From NCBI GenBank assembly GCA_963804165.1, contig CAWDPO010000046.1:160001-224000 (forward strand): a stretch of DNA of 64,000 nt, read 5' to 3'. Origin of the DNA: an uncultured delta proteobacterium (lineage in GTDB: Bacteria > Desulfobacterota > Binatia > UBA9968). Below the pieces are notes generated by a model. The model made no database searches. It saw nothing but the letters and a program-made list of their open reading frames with translations, and was not told where the DNA came from. A program made the translations under genes and the position numbers. This document shows positions 11,741 through 22,298 of the stretch, piece by piece. Each line of letters begins with the position of its first letter. Position 1 is the stretch's first letter.

Positions 11741-12472
11741 CTATTTCTCCATGATGATGACCGAGTATCCGGCCTGGGTGAGTTGGCGGGCGCGCTCTTC
11801 GGCGTCGGCCCGGCTTGTAAAAGTTCCCAGGCTCACCCGGTAATAGGTGGTATCTTTGGATTGGAGCGGCGTGATGGTCACCTCACTAAATGATTTGGCA
11901 ACACGGTCACGCAGCTGCCGAGCGTTTTCCAACTGGGAAAACGAGCCAAGTTGCAAGGTATAATCAAGCGAAGCGCGCACCGTCTGTATCGGTATTGGGC
12001 TGTCGAGGACATCGACGCGAACCAGCGCCGTGCCGGGCCCCACCATGTTGAGCGCCTGGGCGGCGGCGTAAGAGAGATCGATAATCCGGCCCTTGGCGAA
12101 CGGCCCGCGATCGTTGATCGTGACTTCGGTGGCGCTGCCGGTTTCCGTGTTGGTGACCATGACGCGCGCGCCGAGGGGCAGGGTTTGGTGCGCGGCAGTG
12201 AATTCGTTCTGGTTGTAGATGGTGCCGCTCGCCGTGGCCTTGCCGTGGAATCCAGGACCGTACCACGACGCGATGCCGACTTGACTGACTGGACTTTCGG
12301 GGAGCGGCGGCAGACGTACCTTGCTTGGCGGTATCGAGCAACCAATGACGAATGCGAAGAGCGGAAGTAGATTAATGGCTCTGGCGCGACGGAACTTCGA
12401 GGTAGAGCCGATCAATCTGGACATGAGCGCGGCCCGATACGTCATTGCCGCCGAATATATCGGAAAGTGCAA
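11741..12472 (-). CDS. rlpA: Septal ring lytic transglycosylase RlpA family lipoprotein (DPBB + SPOR)
   Basis: GIASWYGPGFHG, TAAHQTLP, INDRGPF..GRIIDLS; C-terminal SPOR (LQLGSF); start uncertain. Confidence 0.9.
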   Translation of the reverse strand: MHFPIYSAAMTYRAALMSRLIGSTSKFRRARAINLLPLFAFVIGCSIPPSKVRLPPLPESPVSQVGIASWYGPGFHGKATASGTIYNQNEFTAAHQTLPLGARVMVTNTETGSATEVTINDRGPFAKGRIIDLSYAAAQALNMVGPGTALVRVDVLDSPIPIQTVRASLDYTLQLGSFSQLENARQLRDRVAKSFSEVTITPLQSKDTTYYRVSLGTFTSRADAEERARQLTQAGYSVIIMEK

Positions 12473-12679
12473 CGAGAAAAAAGCAATCGTTGCAGAATAG
12501 CTTAGCGCATGACCAATTTATCAACTTGTAAGTGTAATGTTGGCCTTCAACCCCAAGGATGAACGTGACCAGGGGTGAAATCGGACGATCGCGTCGCAGC
12601 TTATCCTTCGGCCCAGCGTGGTTTACGCAGCGTAGGGTTTATGATAGTTTACCAACGATTTTAAAGGGAAGGTTCTTTT

Positions 12680-13426
12680 ATGTCCGGTCATTCTAAGTGG
12701 AGCACGATCAAGCATAAAAAAGCGGCCAAGGATGCTAAGAAGGGCAAGCTTTTCACCAAGTTCATCAAAGAGATCACGGTCGCTGCACGCATGGGTGGCG
12801 GGGATTTGAATTCCAACCCGCGTTTGCGCACCGCGGTGCTGACCGCCCGCGCGCAGAGCATGCCCAACGAAAACATTGAGCGGGCGATCAAGAAGGGAAC
12901 CGGCGAGCTCGAAGGTGTGACCTACGAAGAAATTCAGTACGAAGGTTACGGCCCCGGCGGCGTGGCGATCATCGCGCAGGTTTTGACCGACAACAAAAAT
13001 CGCACGGTCTCCGAGATTCGCCGGATGTTCACCAAGCATGGCGGCAACATGGGTGAGACCGGCTGCGTTTCCTGGATGTTCGACAAGAAGGGATTGATCA
13101 CCGTAGAAAAATCACAAGTCGATGAAGATCGTCTGATGGATGTCGTGCTCGATGCGGGCGCCGAAGACGTGCGCGACGAAGGCGAGATCTTTGAAGTGGT
13201 CACCCGGCCGGAAGATTTCGAAAAGGTGAAAGATCGCCTGGATCAGGAAAAGATCGCCGTTTCGAGCGCGCAGGTGACTCTGGTGCCGAAGAACTCCGTC
13301 GACGTCGATGCCAAAAATGTGGAACAGGTTTTAAAACTCAGCGAAGAATTGGAAGATCACGACGACGTGCAAAGCGTCGCCGCAAACTTTAATATTCCCG
13401 CCGAATTGATGGACAAGGCGAGCTGA
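12680..13426 (+). CDS. yebC: YebC/PmpR family protein
   Basis: [29 protein letters not shown]. Confidence 0.97.
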   Translation: MSGHSKWSTIKHKKAAKDAKKGKLFTKFIKEITVAARMGGGDLNSNPRLRTAVLTARAQSMPNENIERAIKKGTGELEGVTYEEIQYEGYGPGGVAIIAQVLTDNKNRTVSEIRRMFTKHGGNMGETGCVSWMFDKKGLITVEKSQVDEDRLMDVVLDAGAEDVRDEGEIFEVVTRPEDFEKVKDRLDQEKIAVSSAQVTLVPKNSVDVDAKNVEQVLKLSEELEDHDDVQSVAANFNIPAELMDKAS

Positions 13427-13430
13427 ACCG

Positions 13431-14021
13431 GTGGCGCCGATGCCAAAGAGCAGCGCCAAACCGCCCAGCGAAATCATCCTCGGCATCGATCCCGGCTCGC
13501 TGGTGACGGGCTGGGGGCTCGTCGAGGTCACAGGCAACCAACTTCATCACATTTCCCACGGAACGATTGTGACCACCACGGCCGTCGGATTGCCGTTGCG
13601 CTTGAATCAGATTCACCGCGGATTGCGCGAAGTCATCGAGCGCTACCGACCTTCGGCCGTGAGCTTGGAGAAGGTATTTTTTTCGCGCAACGTCCAGAGC
13701 GCGCTAAAGCTCGGCCAAGCGCGCGGAGTGGCGTTGCTTGCGACGGCGGAGCGTGAGCTTGGCGTCGCTGAATATTCCGCCGCGGAAGTCAAAGTGGCCG
13801 TGGTGGGTTATGGCCAGGCGACCAAAGAGCAGGTGCAGCGGATGGTAAGTGTGCTGCTCGGTTTGCGTGGCGCGATCCGTGCCGACGCGGCCGATGCGCT
13901 GGCCAGCGCTATTTGCCATGCGCATCGGCGGACGTTCCAAAACCTGGTGATTCGATCGATGAATGGGCGGGTTAAAGCCACCAGCTGGCGTGACTATCTC
14001 GAAACGGCTTCGCGGCGCTGA
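13431..14021 (+). CDS. ruvC: Holliday junction resolvase RuvC
   Basis: ILGIDPGS, LGQARG, DAADALA; synteny. Confidence 0.95.
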   Translation: MAPMPKSSAKPPSEIILGIDPGSLVTGWGLVEVTGNQLHHISHGTIVTTTAVGLPLRLNQIHRGLREVIERYRPSAVSLEKVFFSRNVQSALKLGQARGVALLATAERELGVAEYSAAEVKVAVVGYGQATKEQVQRMVSVLLGLRGAIRADAADALASAICHAHRRTFQNLVIRSMNGRVKATSWRDYLETASRR

Positions 14022-14065
14022 GGGCCACGGCGAAGGTCGCTTCCTCATCGCATGCAAATCTTGAC

Positions 14066-14659
14066 GTGATCGCCCAACTTCATGGAACGTTAGCCCAAAA
14101 GATTCCCGGCGAAATCATCGTTGACGTCGGCGGCGTGGGCTATCAGATATTTATCCCCCTCAACGTGTTTTACCAGTTGCCGGAAATCAACGCGCCGGTG
14201 AGCTTGCAGATACACACCCATGTCCGTGAAGATGCGTTGCAGCTTTTTGGTTTTCGCGATTTTACCGAGAAGCAAGTCTTTCTGCTGCTCATCGGTGTCT
14301 CGGGAATCGGTCCGAAACTGGCCATCAATATCTTGTCCGGCATCCCAGCAGAGGAACTGGCTCGCGCGCTACGAGAAGGCGATCAACCGCGGTTGATCGC
14401 TATTCCCGGTGTGGGCCGGAAACTCGCCGAGCGCATGATGGTTGAGCTGAAGGACAAGTTCGCAACCTTAACGCCGATCGGAGCCGAGAGCGTGAAAGCC
14501 GAAGGCACTTCGCAAATGCTGCTGGACGCGGTTTCGGCGCTGGTCAATCTGGGTTATAAAAGACCTGACGCGGAAAAGGTGGTGCGAGAGGTTCTCAAAA
14601 AAGGCGACCATTCATTGGAAAGCGCGTTGAAAGAGAGCCTGAGGCTGCTGAGCCGGTAA
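14066..14659 (+). CDS. ruvA: Holliday junction branch migration protein RuvA
   Basis: VGGVGY, HVREDA, VSGIGPKLA, IPGVGRKLAER. Confidence 0.97.
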   Translation: MIAQLHGTLAQKIPGEIIVDVGGVGYQIFIPLNVFYQLPEINAPVSLQIHTHVREDALQLFGFRDFTEKQVFLLLIGVSGIGPKLAINILSGIPAEELARALREGDQPRLIAIPGVGRKLAERMMVELKDKFATLTPIGAESVKAEGTSQMLLDAVSALVNLGYKRPDAEKVVREVLKKGDHSLESALKESLRLLSR

Positions 14660-14689
14660 GTTCCGGCGGGCGCGGCGCTGATTTGAATC

Positions 14690-15715
14690 ATGCTCAACGG
14701 AATCAAAATCGACGAAGACTTAACTTTCGAAGTTAACTTGCGGCCGCGCGGGTTCGACGAATACGTCGGCCAAGAACATGTCAAAGAGAATCTCAAGGTC
14801 GCGATCACCGCGGCTCAAGCGCGCCAGGATGTGCTCGATCATATTCTCTTCCACGGCCCGCCGGGATTGGGCAAAACCTCTTTAGCCTATATCATCGCAC
14901 GCGAGATGGGGGTCAACATTAAAGCCACTTCCGGGCCGGTGGTCGAGCGTCCCGGCGACCTCGCCGCGCTCCTGACCAATCTCGAAGAGGGCGATGTTCT
15001 GTTCATCGACGAGATTCATCGTCTGAATCACGTGGTCGAGGAGGTGCTCTATCCGGCGATGGAAGATTATCAGATCGACATCATGGTCGGTCAGGGGCCG
15101 GCTGCACGCTCGATCAAACTGCCGCTCAAGCACTTCACCCTGATCGGCGCGACCACCCGCTCCGGCCTTTTGACTTCGCCGCTGCGCGATCGCTTCGGCC
15201 ATATTCATCGGCTCGACTTCTATGACACCGACGCGCTCTCTAAAATTCTTAAGCGCTCGGCCGCCATTCTTGCCGTTCGGGAGGAGAACGACGGCATCGC
15301 GGAAATCGCATGCCGTTCGCGCGGCACGCCACGCATCGCCAATCGGCTGCTGCGCCGGGTGCGCGACTACGCGCAAGTGAAAGGCGACGGTACGATCACC
15401 AAGCGGCTAACGGATGAAGCGCTCCACATGCTGGAGGTCGACCGGATAGGGCTGGACAAGATGGACACGATGCTGCTCGTGACCTTGATCGATAAATTTG
15501 CCGGCGGTCCGGTCGGCGTGGAGACCTTGGCCGCCGCCATCGGCGAAGAGAAGGATACCATCGAGGACGTTTACGAGCCATTTCTGATTCAGGCTGGTTT
15601 CATTCAAAGAACGCCGCGCGGGCGAGTAGCGACCGCGCTGGCATTTGATCATTTCGGCAGAACACAAAAAAGCTCCGCGGCGAATCATCCGCGAAAACAA
15701 CCGAGTCTGTTTTGA
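14690..15715 (+). CDS. ruvB: Holliday junction helicase RuvB
   Basis: [33 protein letters not shown]. Confidence 0.98.
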   Translation: MLNGIKIDEDLTFEVNLRPRGFDEYVGQEHVKENLKVAITAAQARQDVLDHILFHGPPGLGKTSLAYIIAREMGVNIKATSGPVVERPGDLAALLTNLEEGDVLFIDEIHRLNHVVEEVLYPAMEDYQIDIMVGQGPAARSIKLPLKHFTLIGATTRSGLLTSPLRDRFGHIHRLDFYDTDALSKILKRSAAILAVREENDGIAEIACRSRGTPRIANRLLRRVRDYAQVKGDGTITKRLTDEALHMLEVDRIGLDKMDTMLLVTLIDKFAGGPVGVETLAAAIGEEKDTIEDVYEPFLIQAGFIQRTPRGRVATALAFDHFGRTQKSSAANHPRKQPSLF

Positions 15716-15762
15716 CCGGGCCGGGTTGCCGGCGCATGATTTCGAGCTGACAGGCGTAGAGA

Positions 15763-15975
15763 ATGGGGGAATTTGGCAAGACGCTGATCTATCTTGGCAT
15801 TCTCTTGGTGATTGTCGGAGTGATTTTTTCGCTGGCGGGCAAGTTGCCCGGGCTGGGAAATTTGCCGGGGGATATTACCATCCAACGGGAGCGCTTCACG
15901 TTCTATTTTCCGCTTACGACATGCATTCTCATCAGCGTGATCATTTCTCTTGTCCTTTATTTTTTTAGAAGGTAG
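15763..15975 (+). CDS. DUF2905 small membrane protein
   Basis: LGNLPGDI..FYFPLTTCILIS motif; typical position after ruvB. Confidence 0.85.
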   Translation: MGEFGKTLIYLGILLVIVGVIFSLAGKLPGLGNLPGDITIQRERFTFYFPLTTCILISVIISLVLYFFRR

Positions 15976-15997
15976 AATTTTTCAACCGTATTAGCCC

Positions 15998-18244
15998 TTG
16001 TTCAGGGCGCTTATGGAAGCAGCCAATCCCGCCAACTACGTCGAGCAAAGCCTCAAAATCGAGGAAAACAAACGCCGCAAGCGCGAGGGCATCGTGATCC
16101 TCGTCACCGCGCTGATGGTTGCGGCGCTGATTTTTTTCGAAGTGCAGCTGCCTGATGTTGCCCCGGAGTATTCGCTCGGCAGCAATATTGTTTTTTTCCT
16201 ACTGATCAATGTCAATATTATCCTGCTGGGTTTGCTCGTCTTTCTGGTCGTTCGCAACTTGGTCAAGCTGGTCGTCGAGCATAAGCGGCGCATGCTCGGT
16301 TCTCGCCTGCAGGCGCGCTTGGTTGTGGCCTTTGTCGCCATGGTACTGGTTCCCAGCGTATTAATGTTCGTGATCGCGGGAGGTTTGTTGCGGCGGTCGT
16401 TTGACCGTTGGTTTGATTCCAAAGTCGAAAGCGCGCTGCAAGGGTCGTTGGAAATCGGCCAAACCTACTACCAAAACTCCGCTAACAATGCGCTTTTTTA
16501 CGCGCGTCAACTCAGTCAGCGGATCACGGCGGAAGGGCTCGTCGACCAGCCACGCTTGGCCGAGCTGAAAAAGTTCGTCGAGACCAAGCAGCGCGAGTAT
16601 AATCTCGGCACGGTGGAGCTGTTTTCGCCCGACGGTCAGCCGTTCGTAGTGGCCTTCAATCAGCAGGTGCCGACCGGGGTCACGATCAAGCCGGAAAGCG
16701 AATTTCTAAATCGGGCTTTGCGCGGTCTCGAAGTGACGCGCACTCAAGCGTTCGGCGACGGTGATGTGATTCGCGGCGGAGTGCCGATTTACGCTCGCGA
16801 TAAGCGGATCATCGGCGTGGTGGTGGTCGACTATTATGTGCCCAAAAGCATTTCCAAGCGGGCGATCCAAATTTCTCAGTCCTATGAACAGTACAAGTAT
16901 CTGACGTTTCTCAAGGCGCCGGTCAAAAATAGTTATCTACTGACCATGCTGTTGATTACGTTGGTGATCATTTTCGCGGCGACGTGGTGCGGTATCTATT
17001 TGTCCAAAGGGATCACCGTGCCGATCCAAAAACTCGCTGAGGGCACGCATCAGGTGGCGCAGGGAAACTGGGATTATAAAATTGAGGCCGGGGGGGATGA
17101 TGAGATCGGCGTATTGGTCAATTCGTTCAATCAGATGACCGCTGATTTGAAACGGATTAAGCTCGAGCTCGAGCGGCGCGGCAACGTGGTGCAGACCCTG
17201 TTGGCGAACATCGCTGCCGGCGTCGTATCCGTCGACCCGTCCGGTAAGATCACCACTTGGAACAAGGCTGCCGAGCAGATTTTAGGAGTGGCGGTGGATC
17301 GCGCGTTGGGAAAACACTACCAAGAGGTGTTTCGCGCCGAGCCCTTGCGCGGGATTCGCGAGATCGTGGACAGCGTCAACGGAGGCGAGAGCGTCGAACG
17401 AGAGATCAAGCTGTCGTTGCACGAGCAGTTGCGCAACGTGGTGGTCAGCGCGGCGACGCTGCACGACGACGACGGTTCAATCCTAGGCATGATGCTCTTT
17501 CTCGAGGACATCACGCAAATTCAAAAAGTTCAAAGGATGGAGGCCTGGCGCGAGGTGGCGCGGCGTATCGCGCACGAAATCAAAAATCCGCTCACGCCGA
17601 TCCAGTTATCCGCGGAGCGGCTGCGCAAGCGCTATGCGAAGATCTTGGCGGAGGACGGCGAGATTTTCGACAAGTGCACCACGACGATCATCCAGCAGGT
17701 GGACGATCTTAAAAAACTCGTGAATGAATTTTCCCAGTTTGCCCGCCTGCCGTCCGCTCAGCTTATGTCGCACGATCTCAACGAAATCGTCGGTGAAGCT
17801 TTGGTGCTCTTCAAGGAAGGGCATTCCGGTATTCAATTTCAATTTCGCCCCGGCGCGATCCCTCCGGTGGAGCTTGATCGGGACCAGATGAAACGAGTGC
17901 TGATGAACCTCTTGGACAACGCGGTCGCCGCCGTACAAAGCAGCGGAGAAATCAAGCTGGCGACGAACCACGAAAGCGCGCGCGGCAAGGTGACTCTGGA
18001 AGTCGCGGACAACGGCTGCGGACTAGCGCCTGAGATTAGAGCTAAGATTTTCGAGCCCTATTTTTCCACTAAGGAAAACGGCACGGGCCTGGGTCTAACC
18101 ATCGTAAGCCAGATTGTTGAAGATCATCGTGGCTATATTCGCGCATGGCCCAACGATCCCCAGGGGACGCGTATTATCATCGAATTGCCGGCGGGGCAGG
18201 ATACGGTTATTCCGGTTACGGTGAAAAATGCGCTACACTCTTAA
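15998..18244 (+). CDS. ntrY: NtrY-like membrane sensor histidine kinase (TMs, HAMP, PAS, HisKA, HATPase)
   Basis: AWREVARRIAHEIKNPLTPIQLSAERL H-box; LVNEFSQFARLP; FEPYFSTK..GTGLGL. Confidence 0.9.
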   Translation: MFRALMEAANPANYVEQSLKIEENKRRKREGIVILVTALMVAALIFFEVQLPDVAPEYSLGSNIVFFLLINVNIILLGLLVFLVVRNLVKLVVEHKRRMLGSRLQARLVVAFVAMVLVPSVLMFVIAGGLLRRSFDRWFDSKVESALQGSLEIGQTYYQNSANNALFYARQLSQRITAEGLVDQPRLAELKKFVETKQREYNLGTVELFSPDGQPFVVAFNQQVPTGVTIKPESEFLNRALRGLEVTRTQAFGDGDVIRGGVPIYARDKRIIGVVVVDYYVPKSISKRAIQISQSYEQYKYLTFLKAPVKNSYLLTMLLITLVIIFAATWCGIYLSKGITVPIQKLAEGTHQVAQGNWDYKIEAGGDDEIGVLVNSFNQMTADLKRIKLELERRGNVVQTLLANIAAGVVSVDPSGKITTWNKAAEQILGVAVDRALGKHYQEVFRAEPLRGIREIVDSVNGGESVEREIKLSLHEQLRNVVVSAATLHDDDGSILGMMLFLEDITQIQKVQRMEAWREVARRIAHEIKNPLTPIQLSAERLRKRYAKILAEDGEIFDKCTTTIIQQVDDLKKLVNEFSQFARLPSAQLMSHDLNEIVGEALVLFKEGHSGIQFQFRPGAIPPVELDRDQMKRVLMNLLDNAVAAVQSSGEIKLATNHESARGKVTLEVADNGCGLAPEIRAKIFEPYFSTKENGTGLGLTIVSQIVEDHRGYIRAWPNDPQGTRIIIELPAGQDTVIPVTVKNALHS

Positions 18245-18263
18245 GAGAAAATCAGGAGGATCT

Positions 18264-19565
18264 GTGGAAGAACCGGCGGCGCCAAAGACGATTTTAGTTG
18301 TGGATGATGAGGACGGAGTGCGCGAGTCTGTGCGCGAAGTCCTAAGCGACGAAGGTTATCGGGTCGTGGACACCGCCGATTGCACCCAGGTGCTGCGGAT
18401 CATTAAGGAACAGAAACCCGAGCTGGTTTTGCTCGACATCTGGATGCCGCAGATGGACGGGATCGGTTTACTCAAAGAGATCAAGACCCAGGAACCGGAC
18501 ATTAACGTCGTCATGGTTTCCGGCCACGGCAATATCCACACGGCGGTTACCGCGACCAAGTTTGGTGCCTTTGATTTTATCGAGAAGCCAGTGTCCCTGG
18601 ACGGGCTTTTGTCAACTGTGCAGCGTGCTTTGGGGGAAATGCCCGGAGCAAGCGAGCCTAAGCACGCCGACAGTCGGGCGAGAAGATTGCGCAGTGCGAG
18701 GGGCATGTCCACATCGAGAAACGTACCCCTGAACCAGAGCATTAAGCAGCGGACTTTGAAGAAGAGCGTGGTGCTTTCCGGACAGGGTCTACACTCCGGC
18801 GTGAAAACCGGACTCATTTTGCATCCATTGCCGCCGCATAACGGAATCCTTTTCACCGGCATCTCAGGTGATGTTACCGTACCCGCCCACCTGGACTATG
18901 TGGGCTCGACGGGTTACGCGACTTCGCTGCGCTCTAAAGATTACGCGGTCGGCACCGTCGAGCATTTGCTCGCGGTGTTACATAGCTACAGCATCACCAA
19001 CCTTCTGGTCAAGGTGCAGGGCGAAATCCCGATCTTGGATGGTTCTGCGGTGGAGTTTTGTCAGGCCATCGAAGAGGCCGGGATCCAGGAGGAAGACGAG
19101 GAATGTGCGGCGATCGTCATCGAACGGCTATACCGGGTAGGTGCCGAAGGCGGCGAATCGATCAGCATCGAGCCCGCGGAAGGGTTTTCCGTGCGCTACG
19201 TTTTGCGCTATCCGAAGCCGGTCGGCGAACAGGAACATACCTACGTGTTTCAGGGAGCCGAATATTTCAAAACCGAGATTGCCCCTGCGCGCACGTTCGG
19301 ATTTCTCAAGGACATCGCGCAGCTGCAGAACATGGGATTGGCGAACGGCGGCCGGCTCAGTAATTTCATACTGATCGACGATGAGAAAATCGTCAACACC
19401 GAATTGCGTTACCCCAATGAGTTCGCGCGCCACAAGATCCTCGATATTCTCGGCGATCTATATCTGCTCGGCAGACCGATTCGCGGCGCGGTGACGGCCG
19501 TGATGACCGGACACTCGGACAATATTGCTTTGCTGCGCCAGGTTCGCGAGGGCATGAAACTCTAG
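18264..19565 (+). CDS. lpxC: Response-regulator receiver domain fused to UDP-3-O-acyl-GlcNAc deacetylase (REC-LpxC)
   Basis: REC: VVDDE, LLDIWMP, SGHG, FIEKP. LpxC: QRTL..GLHSG, TVEHLL, EIPILDGS, APARTFGF, HKILD..GDL, GH. GTG at 18264 follows AGGAGG. Confidence 0.93.
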   Translation: MEEPAAPKTILVVDDEDGVRESVREVLSDEGYRVVDTADCTQVLRIIKEQKPELVLLDIWMPQMDGIGLLKEIKTQEPDINVVMVSGHGNIHTAVTATKFGAFDFIEKPVSLDGLLSTVQRALGEMPGASEPKHADSRARRLRSARGMSTSRNVPLNQSIKQRTLKKSVVLSGQGLHSGVKTGLILHPLPPHNGILFTGISGDVTVPAHLDYVGSTGYATSLRSKDYAVGTVEHLLAVLHSYSITNLLVKVQGEIPILDGSAVEFCQAIEEAGIQEEDEECAAIVIERLYRVGAEGGESISIEPAEGFSVRYVLRYPKPVGEQEHTYVFQGAEYFKTEIAPARTFGFLKDIAQLQNMGLANGGRLSNFILIDDEKIVNTELRYPNEFARHKILDILGDLYLLGRPIRGAVTAVMTGHSDNIALLRQVREGMKL

Positions 19566-19615
19566 GGGAGAAAGAATCAGGTCGACTCAAAGTTGGCCCG
19601 GCAAGAAGATTTTTT

Positions 19616-20065
19616 ATGGATTCCCAAGGCAATTTTCCGCGACTTTTTACTATTGACGAAGCTAACGGTTTGCTGCCTACACTGCGACCGCTGGTGGAGC
19701 AGATTCTGGAGAACATCCGGCGCCTGAAGGGCGCCAGTGAAACCGTGATTCGCCGAGAAGCGCTCGACCCCGAGGCGCCCAATCTCATGAATCGGCTGCG
19801 CGACGACGCCGAGGTTGCGCGGTTGGTTGGGCAGGTAAAGGGTTGGGTCGACGAAATCAATAGTTATGGCTGCGTGTGTAAGGGGGTGGAGCAGGGGTTG
19901 ATCGATTTTCCCTGCCTGTTCGGCGCGGAAGTCGTTTTTCTTTGCTGGCAGATTGGTGAGTCGAACGTAGGTTTCTGGCATCGCATCGAAGACGGTTTTG
20001 CGGGCCGCAAACCCTTACTCGACGGTGAAACCGCCGATCCCGAAACCAAAGTCTCCTATCACTGA
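19616..20065 (+). CDS. DUF2203 family protein
   Basis: FTIDEAN..LP; GLIDFP..LCWQIGE..WH....GFAGRKP. Confidence 0.85.
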   Translation: MDSQGNFPRLFTIDEANGLLPTLRPLVEQILENIRRLKGASETVIRREALDPEAPNLMNRLRDDAEVARLVGQVKGWVDEINSYGCVCKGVEQGLIDFPCLFGAEVVFLCWQIGESNVGFWHRIEDGFAGRKPLLDGETADPETKVSYH

Positions 20066-20143
20066 CCGGCCATGGCGAAAAGTTAACCAAGTTTCACCGC
20101 CCTTCAAGCGATAGCCTCGCCGTTAGGCGTATCCGGGTTTGCC

Positions 20144-21316
20144 ATGAAGCATCCGCTACAGCGTGCCGAAGCTCCCTTATCGCTTCAGGTCAAGGAAAAA
20201 GCTCAAACTTTGGGTTTCGAGCTCGTCGGAATCTCAGCGGTGAGGCCGCCGCCCCACGAACAATCATTCGCGCAATGGCTGCGTCAGGGCTTGGCCGGCA
20301 AGCTGGCCTACATGGAACGCACGGAGTGGCTGCGGCGCGATCCACACCAGCTGGTGCCGTGGGCGGTCTCTGTGATCTCCGTGGGGATGAACTATCACAC
20401 CGGATACTCGCGTCCGGCTTCAACGCGTACCCGTGGATGGATCTCGCGCTACGCTTGGGGGGACGACTATCACGACGTGATGTCGAGCAGGTTGGAGGCG
20501 CTGCTCGCGAGTGTCAAGGAGCTCCACGACGGTCACGTCCAGGGGAAAGCCTTTGTCGATTCGGGTCCCGTGATGGAACGAGACTTCGCCGGCATCGCCG
20601 GGCTCGGTTGGATCGGCAAAAATACTCACCTCATTTCGCCCCGCAAGGGCTCGTGGTTTTTTCTGGGAGAATTGTTTCTCGATTTGCCGCTCGCTTACGA
20701 TCGGCCGATTCGCGATCGCTGCGGTGCCTGCGAATTGTGCCTTCATGCTTGCCCCACGGGCGCCTTTGTCGGTCCCTACGTGCTCGACGCGCGGCGCTGT
20801 ATCTCCTATCTGACCATCGAGCTGAAAGATTGGATGCCCCGATCGTTACGTCCGCTCGTTGGCAATCATATTTTCGGCTGCGACATCTGCCAGGAGATTT
20901 GTCCCTATAACATCAAGGCGGGCGCGACCGAGGAGCCTGCGTATCAGCCAAGAGCCGGACTGCATGCGCCGGAACTGATCCCGCTGCTGTCCCTGACTGA
21001 AGATGAGTTTCGCCAACGCTTCCGCGGCAGTCCGATTCTGCGCGCCAAACGGCGTGGGTTTTTGCGCAACGTTGCGGTCGCTCTCGGAAATCTTAAGAGT
21101 GTCGAAGCCGTGCCGGCATTGATGCGCGCCATCGAGGATGAGGAGTCTTTGGTGCGCGGTCACGCCGCATGGGCGCTGGGCCAAATCGGCTCTCGGATCG
21201 CAATCGATGCTCTACAGCTTCGCATGCAAACTGAGTTGGACGCCGACGTTCGGAGCGAAATAAAAGACGCACTCAAGACCCTTGGGGCGGAAGACGATCT
21301 CGCCACGCGCGTCTAA
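20144..21316 (+). CDS. queG: tRNA epoxyqueuosine reductase QueG with C-terminal HEAT repeats
   Basis: ISRYAWGDDYH, CGACELCLHACPTGA, CISYLTIE, GCDICQEICP. Confidence 0.95.
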   Translation: MKHPLQRAEAPLSLQVKEKAQTLGFELVGISAVRPPPHEQSFAQWLRQGLAGKLAYMERTEWLRRDPHQLVPWAVSVISVGMNYHTGYSRPASTRTRGWISRYAWGDDYHDVMSSRLEALLASVKELHDGHVQGKAFVDSGPVMERDFAGIAGLGWIGKNTHLISPRKGSWFFLGELFLDLPLAYDRPIRDRCGACELCLHACPTGAFVGPYVLDARRCISYLTIELKDWMPRSLRPLVGNHIFGCDICQEICPYNIKAGATEEPAYQPRAGLHAPELIPLLSLTEDEFRQRFRGSPILRAKRRGFLRNVAVALGNLKSVEAVPALMRAIEDEESLVRGHAAWALGQIGSRIAIDALQLRMQTELDADVRSEIKDALKTLGAEDDLATRV

Positions 21317-21738
21317 CGGGGAGCGGCCTTTAGTGCGTCTTCGAAAATTTTCGGGATTCGAGTGACATGACCCGCGTGATCGATACATGCGTGCTTCGTC
21401 GAGCCGGTTGCGAGCAAACATGTGTCCGGTTCGCGTGAGATTCGATAGTTGAAAGAAAGCGAGGCTCGGCCCATCGCCGCCAGTTCGGTCTCGATCTGAA
21501 TGACTTCGTCGAAACGGGCCGACTGGCTATAGTGACAGTTCACATCCGCCACTGGAAAGTGGAAGCCCGCCCGTTCGATGGTGGAGTAGGGGAGGCCGAT
21601 TTGTCGCAGAAACTCCGATCGGCCGCGTTCGAACCAACGCAGATAATTGGCGTAGTAAACCACTCCCATCTGGTCGGTATCGCCGTAAATTACCCGGTAT
21701 GAAGTGACGTTGGTAATCTTCGCGGGTGATTTTTTCAT
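21313..21738 (-). CDS. YbgC/4HBT family acyl-CoA thioesterase
   Basis: YGDTDQMGVVYYANYLRWFERGR. Confidence 0.9.
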   Translation of the reverse strand: MKKSPAKITNVTSYRVIYGDTDQMGVVYYANYLRWFERGRSEFLRQIGLPYSTIERAGFHFPVADVNCHYSQSARFDEVIQIETELAAMGRASLSFNYRISREPDTCLLATGSTKHACIDHAGHVTRIPKIFEDALKAAPR

Positions 21739-22298
21739 TAAACATTTTTAGTCCGTTTCCGTCCCGATCTCAACGCAAAGCGCAAGTTCCAGAACTGCGC
21801 GCTTTTTAACTCGCAGAATTAATTCACTGTCACAGGCGTACTCGACGAATGGGATTTACCGTCTCCCAAGTGCGAGCGTTGGAAAGCCGCGAGGTCGTCG
21901 TCGGGGTATCCGAATTTTCAATCACGAGACCGCGGAGAAGCGACAGAAACTCTAGCCCAGCGCCAAGAACGCATTTCTTTGGAGTCGACGATGTAGCTTT
22001 GGTCCACTACCTCGGGTCCTTCGAGCGGGATAGGAAGCGGACTTTAGCGATGACCCTACCCCTAGGCTTTGGTCGGTATCGCAGCGAAAAATGCGGCATG
22101 AACCGATGTGGGTGAATTTGACGGGCGCCCATTTTTTTAAGACATGTCCAGTTGTTCGTGATGACTCTGCCGCAGGCGTCGCGCAGGCGGCTGCTTGCCT
22201 TGACAAGCTAAACTGAAGTGTGGTTTAAGCTGAGAAAAATATTTTTGTCAGAACGACTTAACGTCGGTGAACGACGTGATTTTCGAGGAGGTTAGCGA

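Noticed and set aside
21780-22200. RNase P, tmRNA or riboswitch in the intergenic gap
   Set aside because: Hallmark motifs not found on either strand; only a partial AAAGTCCG match.
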